A stretch of 64,000 bases of DNA from Laetmonice hystrix (Eukaryota). The notes beneath the pieces are model-generated. The model was given only the letters and a program-made list of their open reading frames with translations. It had not been told where the DNA came from and ran no database searches. Below, piece after piece: positions 25,162 to 38,131 of the stretch (position 1 is the stretch's first letter; each line of letters starts with the position of its first letter). A program made the position numbers and the translations under genes. The stretch covers positions 53,012,001-53,076,000 of the forward strand of contig OZ249436.1 of assembly GCA_965235115.1 (NCBI GenBank). The letters are read 5' to 3'.

Positions 25162-27793
25162 ATGATTTGGTTTTTTATCTCCCAGCTTTTATTTGTGTAC
25201 GGTTTGGTGATCGCGGTGACGTTATCACACAGTGTTGCCATTATTGTAACTTCCCTTCTGAGTGGTCTACTGATAATGTTTCGCATTCCTCCTGTTGATA
25301 AAGCGAGTGCCGACGAGATGCTGCAGACGGGTAAAGCCTCGATTATCGCCCACCGGGGAGGAGGGGTGGATGCACCCGAAAACACGCTCGCAGCCATACG
25401 TCAGGTATACTACACTACAGACGTATGGTCAGGTAAAGCCGTACCCCCCCCCCCCCCCCAACAAATTCATGGCAATGTACTTCGACCCTATAACTTTTCA
25501 CCCGATCCTGATCAGCATCACCATCAGGAAGAAAATCAGAACCTAATCCAGCCGGCATAATATAAAGTAACCTGTGCCTGTGGCTGTGAAGGCCTTTCCA
25601 GTCTGGCCCTGCCAGGGGGCTGGGGGATTTTTAGCTAAAATTACACAAAACAGGAAAAAAATAAGTCCATAGATTTTATTTAAGCAAGTGGGATATGACT
25701 GGAAACATGTTAAACTTTAAAAATAAATCATTATTCTGGTAGATGTGTGACTGCTGACCATTTGACCTTTGACTTTTGACCATTCCAAAAAAAAAAAAAA
25801 TCATCCCATAGAAATCTATCTGATACGGGACATGCCCAGAATGGTGTTTTTTTTATCCCCTATGTGATACGGGATATGACTGGAAAGAGTTAACTAATCT
25901 TGACTCATGAAGGCATTCTTTGCCTGGCTGTAGAACAATGGTACCGGTACATTTATATTTCATGTCATCATATCTCCCATGTATAAAAGAAATTGTCAGC
26001 CTACCTTTCTACTAATACTAGTTTTTATTTTCTTAACCTAAGCTTAGCATGCATTAGCTATTACAACATATTCAAGGGCTACTTCTTGACAGGCCAAAGA
26101 AAATGGAGCAGACGGTGTGGAGTTTGATGTTGCCTACACCAAAGATGGCGTTGCTGTCTTATTGCATGATGACTCAGTGGATCGTACAACAGATGGTACT
26201 GGAAATATTGAAGATCTCACTTGGGAGAAGGTAAAGACACTGGATGCTTCAGCTAAGGATGACAATAGGTGAGCACTGACAACAAGCACATGGCAAAGAT
26301 TAATACCCTTTATTCCATGTACCTTAATCATTCCATTGTTCTGTATCAGTTTTGGAAAGAAAGCCCATTTCTTTGTGACTCATGTTTTTAAAGCTATCAG
26401 AATGTCAAACTGCATACAACAATGGTAGCTTGTGTCATATGACCAGAATTATTCCAGAGCAAATTTCCCCATGGAAAGAATTCCAACACTGGAAGCCACA
26501 GTGGAGCTCTGCCTCCAGCTTGGCCTTCGCATGTATATCGACTGCAAGGCCGACGCTCAGCAGGTATGTATAAAATATCACGCGATGTGCTTTGAAAATT
26601 GAAGCCGAGTGGTAATATGATATTCTGTGAAGACACGGCAGATTATCTCTGGAAAAGTGGATGCAATTGGATCCCTTCAAACTTAATTTGTCTTCGTACT
26701 TCAGACAACCAAAGTGATTGGAGCACTGTATAAGAAGTACCCAGAGATGTACAAAGTGGCACTGGTGTGTTCATTTTATCCACAAGTAGTTTACATGGTG
26801 AGTACAATACTAGCCCAACAACAGCAATCGTTGACATTCATGGTATTGTTTGATCCTCATTCAGATATCACCCTTCTAGAACCTTTGGAAAATAATCTGA
26901 AGTGGTAAAAACTAAAATGAAATTCTTTACTGTATCTATAGCTCAAGTATCTCAACACTTAGCTCACCTAGACTTCACATGGCTGCTGCTTTGGTCAGGT
27001 CCTAACATGTTTTTCATTACCAAGGTGCGTCGCTCAGATCCCAAGATTGTTACGGCCCTGATTCACCGACCATGGTACCTGACCCGCATGGCAGATGGTA
27101 GCTGGCAGGACAAGGCTGCATGGAAGCTTGCCATACTTACAGTAGTGGATGTGGTCGTGTGGGCGGCCCACTACACCTGGCTCTGGTTTCTCTGTGGAAA
27201 CTCTGCCTTCTCCATCAGGAAGGATGAGTGCTGCAGGTTCGCTGACACCTCACTCATTAACAATTCTGTAAACCTCTCGTTAGCCATATTCAACCTTCTA
27301 AGCTTACATATCTTAAGAAGTGTGCACTGCCATTTACAACAACATCCATCCTAGAACCATCCATTCCATAATACAGACTTCATTTGGAAGACCCTGCAGT
27401 GATTTGGTTTAGCTTTGATAACCTTTAAACGTGTAAAAAGGTGGTATTTCTAGTCCACTCTGTAATCTGCTGCCGGTCACCCCAGCCGAGTTGTGTCCTC
27501 CATGAAGTAAATAGATCGGAAGTTCATGTGTTACACCAATTCAGTACATGTATAAATGTGGAATTGTATGGGCTACACTAGAAACATGTCATCTAGAAAT
27601 CCAAATTAGCTGGATCACCTACATGTTATGTCTTATCCTCATTTTTATTACTTTCAGGTTTACTGTCAATTACTTTGATAAGCTTGGAGTTAAAGTAATT
27701 CTTTGGACTGTTAATGATCCAGTGGAGAAAGAGTACTTCACCAAAGCCCTTGGCTGTGATATCATAACTGATACTCTTCTCAACATGACGTAA
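25162..27793 (+). CDS. GDE1: Glycerophosphodiester phosphodiesterase 1 (GDE1/MIR16-like), spliced, about 321 aa
   Basis: Coding exons chained by hand, all GT-AG, frame continuous: 25162-25404, 26093-26268, 26458-26563, 26705-26797, 27025-27236, 27658-27793 (TAA). Hydrophobic N-terminus followed by GDPD motifs IIAHRGGGVDAPENTLAA, GADGVEFDV, LLHDDSVDRTTDGTG, RIPTLE, VILWTVND and IITD. Confidence 0.92.
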
Positions 27794-28652
27794 GGATGGC
27801 ACAAGTCTTTGAAACTTCATCATGACGCTACAGTGACCTTGTCTCCAAGAAAAGATTATCAGTATTCAGTTTAATAGTCAGCCTTTATGCAGAGATTGAA
27901 TGGGGCCACCTTATGTTTGGCGACCAAACATACATTACAGATCTGGAGTTTTCTGGAATATACTGTATGCTAACCACTCTTACCAAAGGCTGCATGAATC
28001 GTTGTTAAAGACTGCCACCTGATTATACCACTTTTGGTCGCCTTTTGTACACGTTATCTTGCTGACTCGCAATCAAAGAGAAACCACGTGGAGTTTTTTT
28101 TCCTGTGCTCTGGTCAGAATTTACTATCGACATGCAATGGTCTGCATACAAGATCTGCAATCAATTTTTCTGACATGGTCTAAATGTCCAAGAGTTGAGG
28201 CAAGTATTTCACTTTTTTGAATGGCTGTCTTCTGGTCACCCAGTATGAAACTACTGTAGACAAGAATTTTCTGAACAAGCGGAACCTGCATGTACAACGA
28301 ATTATCCGTTTGGGTTACACCAAAAATCATTGTATTAAAGAAATTCTATTGATCTCTGGTCATTACAGTCTACATTGAGGTACAATGTTTGAAATGTGTT
28401 GTCCAATGTGCATTGAAAGCGTGCATTTTTGTATTTGTAGCATACTTGTATTGTTTCACACTAATCTTCCTCCAAGACATATTTGGCTTCCAAGTTATTA
28501 AAAGTTCAAAAAGAGGAAAGTGGGCATTTAATCAAGAATCTCTTATTTACATTATTGAAATTACCCAATTACCAGTTTTAAATATTCTCTCACCTAGACC
28601 CAATAAACAATTTCTATTTCTATAAAATATGTCATACAGAGTTTTCTTTTAA

Positions 28653-28705
28653 ACAATAAAGATCAGCTTGATAAAAGCTTGACAATAAAGATCAGCTTGA
28701 TAAAA
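28653..28705. repeat. Direct repeat ACAATAAAGATCAGCTTGATAAAA x2 (period 29)
   Basis: Copies at 28653-28676 and 28682-28705, each containing AATAAA. Confidence 0.85.
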
Positions 28706-29171
28706 TATATTATATTAGTGGTTTGTCCTCAACACTTGGTAGTAAATCAGTAAAAATAATTACTGCCATTCAAACGTTCAAAGAAGTCGGACCAGCTGGT
28801 TAGGACATACAGCTGTAAATGTTAGGCTATACAAAGTTGCTCGACATAAAATATGACATGCAAAAAGTAAATGCAGGAACAAAAACATTTCCTATTAATC
28901 ATCCTTTTAATGATTCTTTATGTAAGAAAGTCTTACATTAGACTTACATCTTTTGTCTTTCCCAGTGCTACTCTAACTTTGGATGACAGAGGTTGAGATG
29001 CACATCTCTACCCAAGAAGTCTTTGTGTCCTGCCAGCAGGGCCTTGGTCTCATAATAATAATAATAATAGTGTCCCTAACCTTTGGTTAGTGGTACACTG
29101 CTTCAAGTTGACCTTTCTTGAAGCCGACAATGTTCTTGACTAGTAATTTCACCATGGTACCCACAATGAGA

Positions 29172-32100
29172 TCAACTCACGGCCTGGTGAATTGCTGAGC
29201 TCAGCATGTGGTTCCTGTATTGCACACTTAGGCCTGTCATCCAAAATTTTAACACTGGTTTGTCTTCATCGTTCGCCTCAACCACTGACAGAAGGCGCCT
29301 TGTGTCTTCTTCTGACCGACTTCCACCAGCTTTTGTGAACTTGAAAAGTACCTTGACCTTGCTGTAAACAGAAAAAAAGGCACTTTGATACACCAACAAA
29401 CACAACAGTACTATCTTGACGTCTCATTCATAATCTCTAGGCATTACTACGATTTGGTACGTTACTTCTGCACAATTAGTCGTGCAAAGTTACTGGGGAT
29501 ACACAAAGAAGCATGTAATAGCTCTCATGAAATGTTAAAAACTGATTTTCTGAATGTGAATATACATAGGAAACGGGTATGAAGCATACTTCATCCACTG
29601 CTCCTTTAGGCAGATGAGGCACTGGTCTGTCACGCTGTCTGACAGGTGTTCATTGAGTAACGCTTGCTCCATCAGACACAGGACGGCGGGAGCTGGAAAA
29701 TTTTACAAACAACTCTACTCCATGAGACAGGACATTCACAAGTGCCAATTTTACCAGGACGTTTAATAACATTGAAAGATCCCCCACGAAGTTTGAACAT
29801 GTGGGCCGAGCAGAATATTTGTGGCCCAGTTTGAACTACCCTCCCCTCTCTTTTAACCACTGGAAAATTTGTGCCTCTTTCAATATTTTCATAACATTTA
29901 TGTCTGAAAGTTTTGTAAAGATAGAGTGGCACTGGCTTAGCACACGTTGCTATTGTCACTAGTGTGCTTCACTCACCTTTTTCTGGCATGCACATGGGCG
30001 AGTCAACATGGAATTTATAACGAAGCAGCGGGTCTCCAGATGCTTCGGCACCTTCCATGCCGACATCATGTGGATCGTCCTCAGCCACACATGGCATTAC
30101 TCTATTGCCCGATGGTTGGTCAGCCTCCTCGATGACCAGGGTCACGTAAAGTGAGGCATGCTGTGGCATGCTGGTGCCAAGTGGCATGCCAAGGAAGTTA
30201 CAACGCCAAGAGTCCTCATACTTTGAGCTGTAGAAGATCACACGACAACAGCCACGGGGTAGAAGTGTCTAAGTGAAAATAACACCACAAGAATCCATAA
30301 TTAGGCTATACTGAGTTTCGCTTAACACACACTTTCATGGTAGAGAACATAGTTGGAAATAAAAAGTTCCAACTGAAATTTTTTCAGCTACCATGTTTCT
30401 CTTATAGCTCATTTCTAAAAAGGAAGCTTAAAATGGCATATCTCTTACACTAACTGTCAATGTAAAATCATAGCCTTGTCGAATCCAAGTAATACAGGTC
30501 CTTTTATCAATGGCTCCATGTGCAAATTGTGTATTTATGGCAGATGTCATATTATTGAGATGCTGCTATTTTGTGTGTACATCAGGAAAACCCTACCTTA
30601 AGACAGTCAATTGTTGATCGGACGAGGGCCTTTCTTCTGCCTTGGACAATTACTTGATTTCCAATGACAACATGATGTGCCAACTTGTGAAATTCCATGT
30701 AACCTAAAACCTGAGAGTGGAGGGGGGGGAACACATGTCATGAGCATTATAGACAAATCATCTGATATTGTTCATACTGATATCTTAATTATCAAGGAAT
30801 TTGTTTAGAAAGTGAAACAATTTTACGGAAAATATTCCATATGATGAAGAATTTATAACAAATATTCTGTAATAAAAAATATAGGATTTACTACATATGT
30901 CTTTATAAATCTTTGGTTGGGTACGATGGAAAACAAACCCTTAATAGGTGGCGAATGTTGTTGAAGACAGGGACATTCATGTCAGCCCCTGTGCCATCTT
31001 CCTCGCCACAGTCGTCACCTTCCTCGGTCTGTTCTTCCATAACCTCCTTCTTACTGAAGAGCTTCACAAAACCCTCTTCAGTCTCTGGAGACAATATAGG
31101 AATCGTTGAATCAGACTTACACATGGAAAGAGTAATTCATTGTACCTTCTATACTTTGAACCTATAATACTGACTGTGTGATACTCTCCTTACTCAGTGA
31201 CACAGGCCATGCTAATAAGTAGAAATTTATTTGTCAACTAAATCAATTTTATTTCCTTTTTACACTTACTCATTATTATATACATACTTTGTTTTAAATA
31301 TAGCGTCAGCCCAAAGTATGTGATGTAAAATTAGGCAATTAAAGTAAGGGTCTAGTGTCTAGTCCGTTAGACCTAGTTAAAGGGGCTCTAAACCCTACTA
31401 TATTCAATACTAGGGTCAGAGCGCACTGTCATCTACAACGCGTGGATCTGTGTGTTCACTCCGTTTGCGAAATAACAAAAGCAACCTCCACGTTCTGAGT
31501 GTCCCACATTATTGTATAAGCTATGAGAAATAAAACATGAACGTTTGTCTTATTTTCCAACCCTCTATCGTAAGTTTCTATGATGTTTCCCAGCCAAACT
31601 GAGATTTTCACATCTTCCCGGCACCATTATGCTTGCATGCCACACTGCGCAGAATCATCAAACCGGAAGTTTTCAGTGTCACCTCAATGCTATAAAATTT
31701 TTTTGCGGCACCTTACTTCAACAGGCTATACAACTACAAGATGATGAGAAACATTTACAAGATAAACAGGGGTGTGATCTGATGGATAAATAGACTGGCT
31801 TTCTAAATCAGTAGGTGAAACTGGTAGGTTTTAAGGAGAAGTAGGCTAAAAACTGGTCAGTGGCAACTTGGCACTGTTTGTTCCCCGCAAAATGAGTAGC
31901 AGTGCGTTCTAACCCTCGCAAGCATAGCGGCCGCCGAGGGTTAGAAAATTCTAACTAGTTAGACCATGCTCGTCATAGCCGCCTACTGGCATATTTTCTA
32001 ACTACGACCATCCTTGCAAGAACTGAAGTCTATAAATAGCACATCGACCATTATCATGGCTCCCTTAGGAAGGACGAGACCGTTGCTTTAGGCCATGAAA

Positions 32101-34018
32101 TCAGTGGAACTAGCCTTACCTTCTTGTTTTTCAAAGTCAATGATTGAGTCCTCAGTGGGTGGCCCTTCCAGCAGTCTCTCACTGAGGCGGCTCCCCCCTG
32201 CCTTCAAGATCCATGTGAAACTTTTGTGTAGCTTACAGAACACATGTTTGTCATTAGTCAGCTCCACCACGGACCTGTAACACCAGCCACAGAAAAATGT
32301 TAATGCTCTGCTACAGATGCTGGTTCCTTGGCCTTGGTGAAACGATGGTCACCACAGCCATTATGGGCATACAGCACAGACAAATCTGGCAATAATCTGT
32401 TACATATTTGTTTCATACCTGACATTTAATTTTTTAATGGGTTCCGATCTACTTTCATGGGTGGCCAATTTTGATCACTTGCAACAGTAGAAGTGAACAA
32501 CAAAATTCCACTTGCCCAGCTTTGACATCTACATGCCCTCTATATATCTCTTATTAAGTCTATGTTGGGTCTTGTCTTTGGTCGGTTGGACTAACCGGAC
32601 CATTCTATTAACTTGCCCTGGGTGTCGGGTGATACGAATCGGCCATCCCTGACTTTACAGCTTTCCAATAGTGTAGCTGGTCTGCTGGTGTTTCCAGACA
32701 AAATTTATAAAGCAAATACAAATATTGCCACATCTATCTGGGAACAAGATGATGAAAGCAACATGGTAGTGGATAATCTCTAAAAAGATTAACAAACTTT
32801 TTTTTGAAATAAAAGTACCTTGCTGGTTTATTTCCACCACCTCTCTGCTGTAAAAAATTGGATGGGTTCATGCTCATTGTAAGTCGATGTGTACGTGTTG
32901 GGCACCGCACTTGCTCCTCATCATAAACTCGCGTGGCCTTCTCCTGAAGACGATCAATCACCAGTTGGGTCTGGGCCACAAGGAACGGTAGAGAATTTAG
33001 AAGGAAGATCTTGTCCATCATCACCACGATGATACTGTACCACCTCTGCAGGCCGCGAGCCTGGGCATCTTTGATAAAGAAGGTGTGTGATAGCACATGG
33101 CCACGATGATCATCCCCGAAAAATATTGGTCCCTCCCGACCTGGACACACCTGAAGTGGGAAATTATCAATTTACATGAGGTTTGAATGTGGCATGACAC
33201 AATGGCACCGACTGCAGCACTGGATTAGTGCATTATCAGGGCCCTTGATGGCTTTCAGAACTAATTAGCCAATGACCTAGTCTAACACAGGTTTTTATCC
33301 AAAATTCAACAAATTCTATATGTATCATTTGCAAGAAAAGTCATCAGTATGTATTTTTCTAGCCAATATGTTTGAGAAACCAGTAATAGCCATCCATTGG
33401 CGATTTGGCAACTGAGTAGCGTGGGCCCTGCATTGTTATTTTGTTTTATTAGAATTCTCTATAATCCCCAGACAACAGCTTTTGATCCAGCATTATTCAT
33501 ACCTCACAGCTAAGACTGCGGACACATGCCTGACGAACCATGGAGAACACCTGCGGATGGTGAGGATGCTGCGAGCTCACGTAGCTCACCTTGGCATCAT
33601 GGTCATTGCTGATAAACCCAGGGTGGTCCCCTGTGAATGACTGGCATGCCTGCAAAACCCATACAATATCAAGTTGTCTAATAACATAAAATAGGCAACA
33701 CTGATACTTGCAGAACTCTCAAATGTAATCATTCATGCTTGATAAGTAGAGTTGTATAGATCTTCTTACCTCACAGGAGTCTGAGGCTTTGGAGAAGCTA
33801 CTGATTGAAGTTGGGGTCGTTGGAGTTTGATCTCCGGTTGTTAGGCCGTGGGATTGGATTTCCTGCCTCTCCTGACCCACATAATGACTCTCCTCTCCCT
33901 TACAGCAATCTGCTTCAAGGACATGCTGGGGGTCGTGGGTGTGGAATGCCTGAGTGCAGAACAAAATACTCGGTCCGTGCAGTTCGCAGAAGTGGCACAA
34001 GGAGATGATTGCATTCAT
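29172..34018 (-). CDS. FLCN: Folliculin, spliced, about 575 aa
   Basis: Coding exons on the minus strand, GT-AG, frame continuous: 34018-33770, 33649-33503, 33150-32819, 32274-32120, 31084-30939, 30710-30597, 30268-29977, 29692-29590, 29361-29172. Diagnostic FLCN sequences: [87 protein letters not shown] and LKFWMTGLS. Confidence 0.96.
31370..31963. mobile_element. Non-coding element with a hairpin at each end and subterminal inverted repeats, in a FLCN intron
   Basis: Hairpins at 31385-31422 and 31907-31946. A 17-bp inverted repeat at 31412-31428 / 31900-31916 (15/17 match). Palindrome TCTAACTAGTTAGA at 31950-31963. Confidence 0.55.
33237..33430. mobile_element. Small hAT-like MITE in a FLCN intron
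   Basis: Termini CAGGGCCC/GGGCCCTG. Flanks CATTAT/CATTGT (6-bp TSD with 1 mismatch). Confidence 0.6.
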
Positions 34019-34458
34019 GGCAGCCTGCTACCAGGGAACCTGCAATTGGGATAGAATTACAATATCATATATCATGGCTCAAAATAATGTAATATGATAC
34101 AAAACATGATTTACACATAATACATGCAACGTTTTACGTTGCAACTGTCATGAATTTGATGATGAAACAAAGGCGGCAGAACCAGGGGGTTTCGGGGCTG
34201 CACACCCCCACAATGAAAAAAGTGGGCCGGTTTTAATAGGCTTCACCCCCCCCCCCGAATAGTTGTTGACATGCTGTGCTGAGCTTAATTTTCAAATTTT
34301 TCTGGGGGAGGGCCCACAGCCCCCCCCCCCCCCCCCCCCCCCCACTGGAGGGTTTTGTGCCTTCGCCGCCCGCATGACCTGCATTTTAAATCTTCGTCCA
34401 ACTTCAGACCTAGTCCTATGTAATTCACAACCCCCCCCCCCCCCAACCAATTTTATCT

Positions 34459-34768
34459 TCACGTGACGTGAGTTGAGTAGCCCTCAGCCTTGGCCTCGTG
34501 CTCGGTAGTAGGCCTATCTCAATACGACAATAGGCCTACTCCTAATACATGAGAGAAATCAAGTGTCAGTGACACAATGACGACGTTATGTAATCGGCTA
34601 GAGTCGGGACTACATTACACTACACACTACAGTTTATATATCGAAATTATTATGCTTTATTATAGGGGAATCAATGAAAAGTCTTGCCACAGACCTTGTC
34701 CTTTATCCCGAGTGGTGGATGTCCAATGTTTTGATACGAATGGTGGCGATGACGAGTGCTCACATGAC
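34459..34768 (-). promoter_or_regulatory. FLCN 5' region with CLEAR/M-box E-boxes and a probable non-coding first exon
   Basis: TCACGTGAC at 34459-34467 and TCACATGAC at 34760-34768. Acceptor upstream of the FLCN ATG at 34040. Possible minus-strand donor AAG|GTCTGT at 34695/34694. Confidence 0.4.
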
Positions 34769-34895
34769 CACAAGTTGGTTCCCGGCTTCCTCGCTAGGTG
34801 GCTCTGTGGTCGACCACAGAGCCATCTAGTGAGGGAATATTACTCCAAAATAAATACTCTTCAGTCAGGTGGAAAATGTAGAAAAATGTTTTTTT

Positions 34896-34901
34896 TTTAT
34901 T
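34896..34901 (-). terminator. Candidate FUT11 polyadenylation signal AATAAA
   Basis: Minus-strand AATAAA about 185 nt downstream of the FUT11 stop codon. Confidence 0.4.
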
Positions 34902-35083
34902 TCATTGTTTGGTAAACATGTTCACAGTTACACCCATGTAGCCTAAGTAGCGCTTTTGCACTGCTAAATGAAAACCACTTTCAAAAATATTGCACATTAT
35001 ATTCAAATTTGATCCTATGTTTTCACCAACAATTAAGAAAACATGACATAGATGACAAAGACTAGCTGTCTGAAATGGCATAA

Positions 35084-37651
35084 TCACAACTGCCCCGACT
35101 CCTTTAATATTTCCATCCAATAAATGTCAAATTTTGAGGGGTCCTTCTCTCGGCGGTCTACCATGCGGGCTGCTGCCCTTGCTCTATCATATCCATTCCA
35201 GTAATCTTCTATCCAGGACATTGCTTTCCAGCTGGAAGAAAAGCAACATTATAACTATTTTTGTTTTATTGTGTACACTTTCAGTCGGCCTACACAGTGG
35301 TAGGTTGAAGGTTTTATTTCGGCAACTGTTTGCAATTTTCAGTGCAGGAACAATTCTCTGCTGAGATGATAGATCTAGGAGAAAGGAGGGGTTGGGAGGA
35401 AATGCTATTCTGTATAAAGACGCTGTGTGACTAAGGCACTGGATGGAGACACACGAAAAGATGTCCACCAAGTTCCTGTGCCAAAATCCAAGAGTAGATC
35501 TAATTCAGCTATTGTAAGGTCAATTGTTGTATGTACGTACCATGACCGGGATGTAAATATGTGACGGAACCATCAAGGATTGTCAAAGAACTCTTCAATC
35601 CCATTGCCCTTGCCTTCAGTTGTGGTGCCACCCCAGAAAGGAATGTGGCCATTAAAGTCTCCCATAAGAAGGTATAGGGACGGCAGCTGACCCACTAGAT
35701 AATCAAGATTTTGGTGGGTGATTTTATTAAATGTCAGAAAAGAACAATGTAGTGGAAAAAAATGGGTACATGCTGGTATTATACAAGTGTGTAATTTGAT
35801 GATATATTTTTCTTTTAGGCCTATATCACATTATTAAATTGATCAAATGGTCTTAATGAAATGAATTATGCATTGGCCGTGTTTCATACTTACCTCTTCA
35901 AAATCTATGCTCCTTTTGACACAAGCATACATCTCAGGTATAAAACACAAATATTGTAGAGACAGCAATGAAATGCTGTCACATCTCACATTCCACATTT
36001 CAAGGCTGCTCACCATGAGAATCTTCAGAACATATTCCTGCATCAGCTATGCATCTTAATCTTTTACAGACCCCTGCGAATGGTAATTCACAATTTTGCT
36101 TTCCATCAGTTTATGTATCACAACAAAACACAACTTTTGGTTGGCAAATTGTGAGGTGATACCGCTTATTTCCGGCCTTGTGCATTAAATCTTTTACCGG
36201 TTCTATTTTTTTTAAATTGTAAAATTTCCAGCATACCTATCATCCCGAGGCAGATCATCCACATCATTCACTGAGGGATATGGCTGAGGACAGTTCAAGT
36301 GATCCCGTTCTGCTAGCCTTGGCAGTAGGACTTTCATGGATGAGTCACTCTTTGCTCTTTCTTCAGCATAATATCGTATTGAAAGCTGTTCACACAGGTA
36401 ACACTGAAACCCCTGTATAAAATCATCACCATATGCTGCTGGGCTGGAACTAGGTCCCCAACCACGTGTCTCTAGATGTTCAAGTAAGAAATCATTTTCA
36501 ATTCCATCATTTTTATACTTTAAATATTGTTCATACTTAACATCATCGGCATCTATCCTTTGAATAAACAAAGCCAGTTCTTTTGGAGACTGAAAGTCGT
36601 TTGCCATAATGATGGAATGGCCATTGGGCATCCAGTCCCTTGCTCGAGGCGATCCACGGTATATCGGCACAGCACCCACATGCAACACTCTAAACAACTT
36701 TTCTGTCATGTAGTCATCGCAAATGGCATTTTCAAAAGCAATGTGGAATTTATACTGGGCAATAAAGTCTAGAAATGAAGCTGATTCCATGGACTTAACA
36801 GGATCTTGCATATGCTCTGGAAGTTTCTTGTTATTTATACATCCACCATATGAATCAACTGGAATGTATTCCATGAGTTCTTTCACATAACGCTCACGAT
36901 CAGATGCAATGTTACAATGAGATTGAACATATAATACTGAGGCAAAACCCTTCAGTTTATTTAATTTGTTTTTTTCAGCAACTGGCACAGGCTTTCTCTT
37001 CAACAGATATCCAACAGACTCAATATTTTGAGTAGAAAGTGGAAAATGGGATTCCCTTCTAAAAGTTGCTGTGTGATTAAATAGACGAATCATTGGTCCA
37101 TGGACTAACATGAAGTTATTCATGGGTGATTCTTCATGAAGAAGGCCCCACTCATGATGGGGCAGGCGTGGCAAAGGCAAGTCTTCCCCTACAATATCAC
37201 TTCCATAAAAGAAAATCCCTCGAGTCTGCGGATGAGATAGCAGTTTTCTATCACTTGTTATATAGCACGTCCATTTACCACACTGCTTTTCAACAGGCTT
37301 TTCATCAATCTGTAACCAGTTTGTCCAAAACAATATAGCGGGTGTTTTTCTAGGATACACGGGTGCTCTGTATAACTTTTTCAATCTGTCTTTCACCTTC
37401 GAATCACAGTCGATAGGGTGTTTTTCTGTTTGACGTTCATCAACGTCATTATCCTCTTTGACTACGTCCAAGCCCAAGCCGGTTTGCTGGCCTCCTTCCG
37501 GCTTCACCACGTGGGGATTGTTTACGCTGGGGGAAAATGCTGGCGTTGGCGTTGTAAAGTTGCTGTTCTGGGAGTTCGCGCTGTGTTCAGCTGTAACCAA
37601 ATGACCGTGGAATAAAACCATTACGTAGAGGGCCCTTGTCGCGAATGACAT
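35084..37651 (-). CDS. FUT11: GT10 fucosyltransferase 11 (FUT11/POFUT4-like), about 520 aa
   Basis: Exon 1 is 37651-36237 (ATG, hydrophobic N-terminus, donor AG|GTATGC). Exon 2 is 35231-35084 (acceptor TTCTTCCAG). GT10 motifs: FYGSD, LPLPRLPHHEWGLLHEESPMNN, LFNHTATFRRES, YVQSHC..SDRERYV and YKFHIAFENAICDDYMTEKL. The C-terminal CPQP...DDSWKAMSWIEDYW resembles FUT11 more than FUT10, from my recall of those sequences. Confidence 0.88.
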
Positions 37652-38131
37652 GTCTGCTGTAGGTTCATAAATAATGTCCTTGGATAAGATTAGCTGGAAT
37701 CTCAAAATCTCACGAACGGAACCTCATCCTTGTGAACGACGTCATCCGGTCCCACCATCCTACCCAGAGTGCATCAGCATCCGCCAACGTGGCAGGTGCG
37801 CATGCGTGTATCCGGGCCTTGATCCGTTCAGTACGTGGCAGAAGTGATAGAAAATCTACGAAAGCCGAGGAATTTACGGGAAAGCCTTACCATAAATAGG
37901 TAAGTTATGGACCATTGATGACCTTTTTGTATGTAATGAATATTGTGAATTATGCAGTTGCAACAACAAGTTATCTAGAACCGTTTTCCAACCTTGAGAC
38001 TTGATTTCGACCTGACCGGCTCGTCGACCGTATGGCGTATCCACGATAACAGCTAACTCCCGCTGGTGACGACCGACGACTGTCCCGGTTGTGGAATCTG
38101 TCAACTTCTTGTTGTTATTTTCTTAAACAGG
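37652..38131. promoter_or_regulatory. Putative bidirectional promoter of FUT11 (-) and SEC24C (+), including a probable non-coding SEC24C exon 1 ending at 38131
   Basis: CpG-rich interval directly upstream of the FUT11 ATG. NRF1-like TGCGCATGCG at 37797-37806. A + strand donor CAGG|GTGAGG at 38131/38132. The SEC24C ATG exon starts at an acceptor (TTATTTCAG|41602), so an upstream exon is required. Transcription start positions are inferred. Confidence 0.55.

Noticed and set aside
37652..37705. ORF-track start of FUT11 at 37705 and ORF end at 36212
   Set aside because: The start is non-ATG, and the ORF runs into an intron at 36236. The true C-terminus is in exon 35231-35084.
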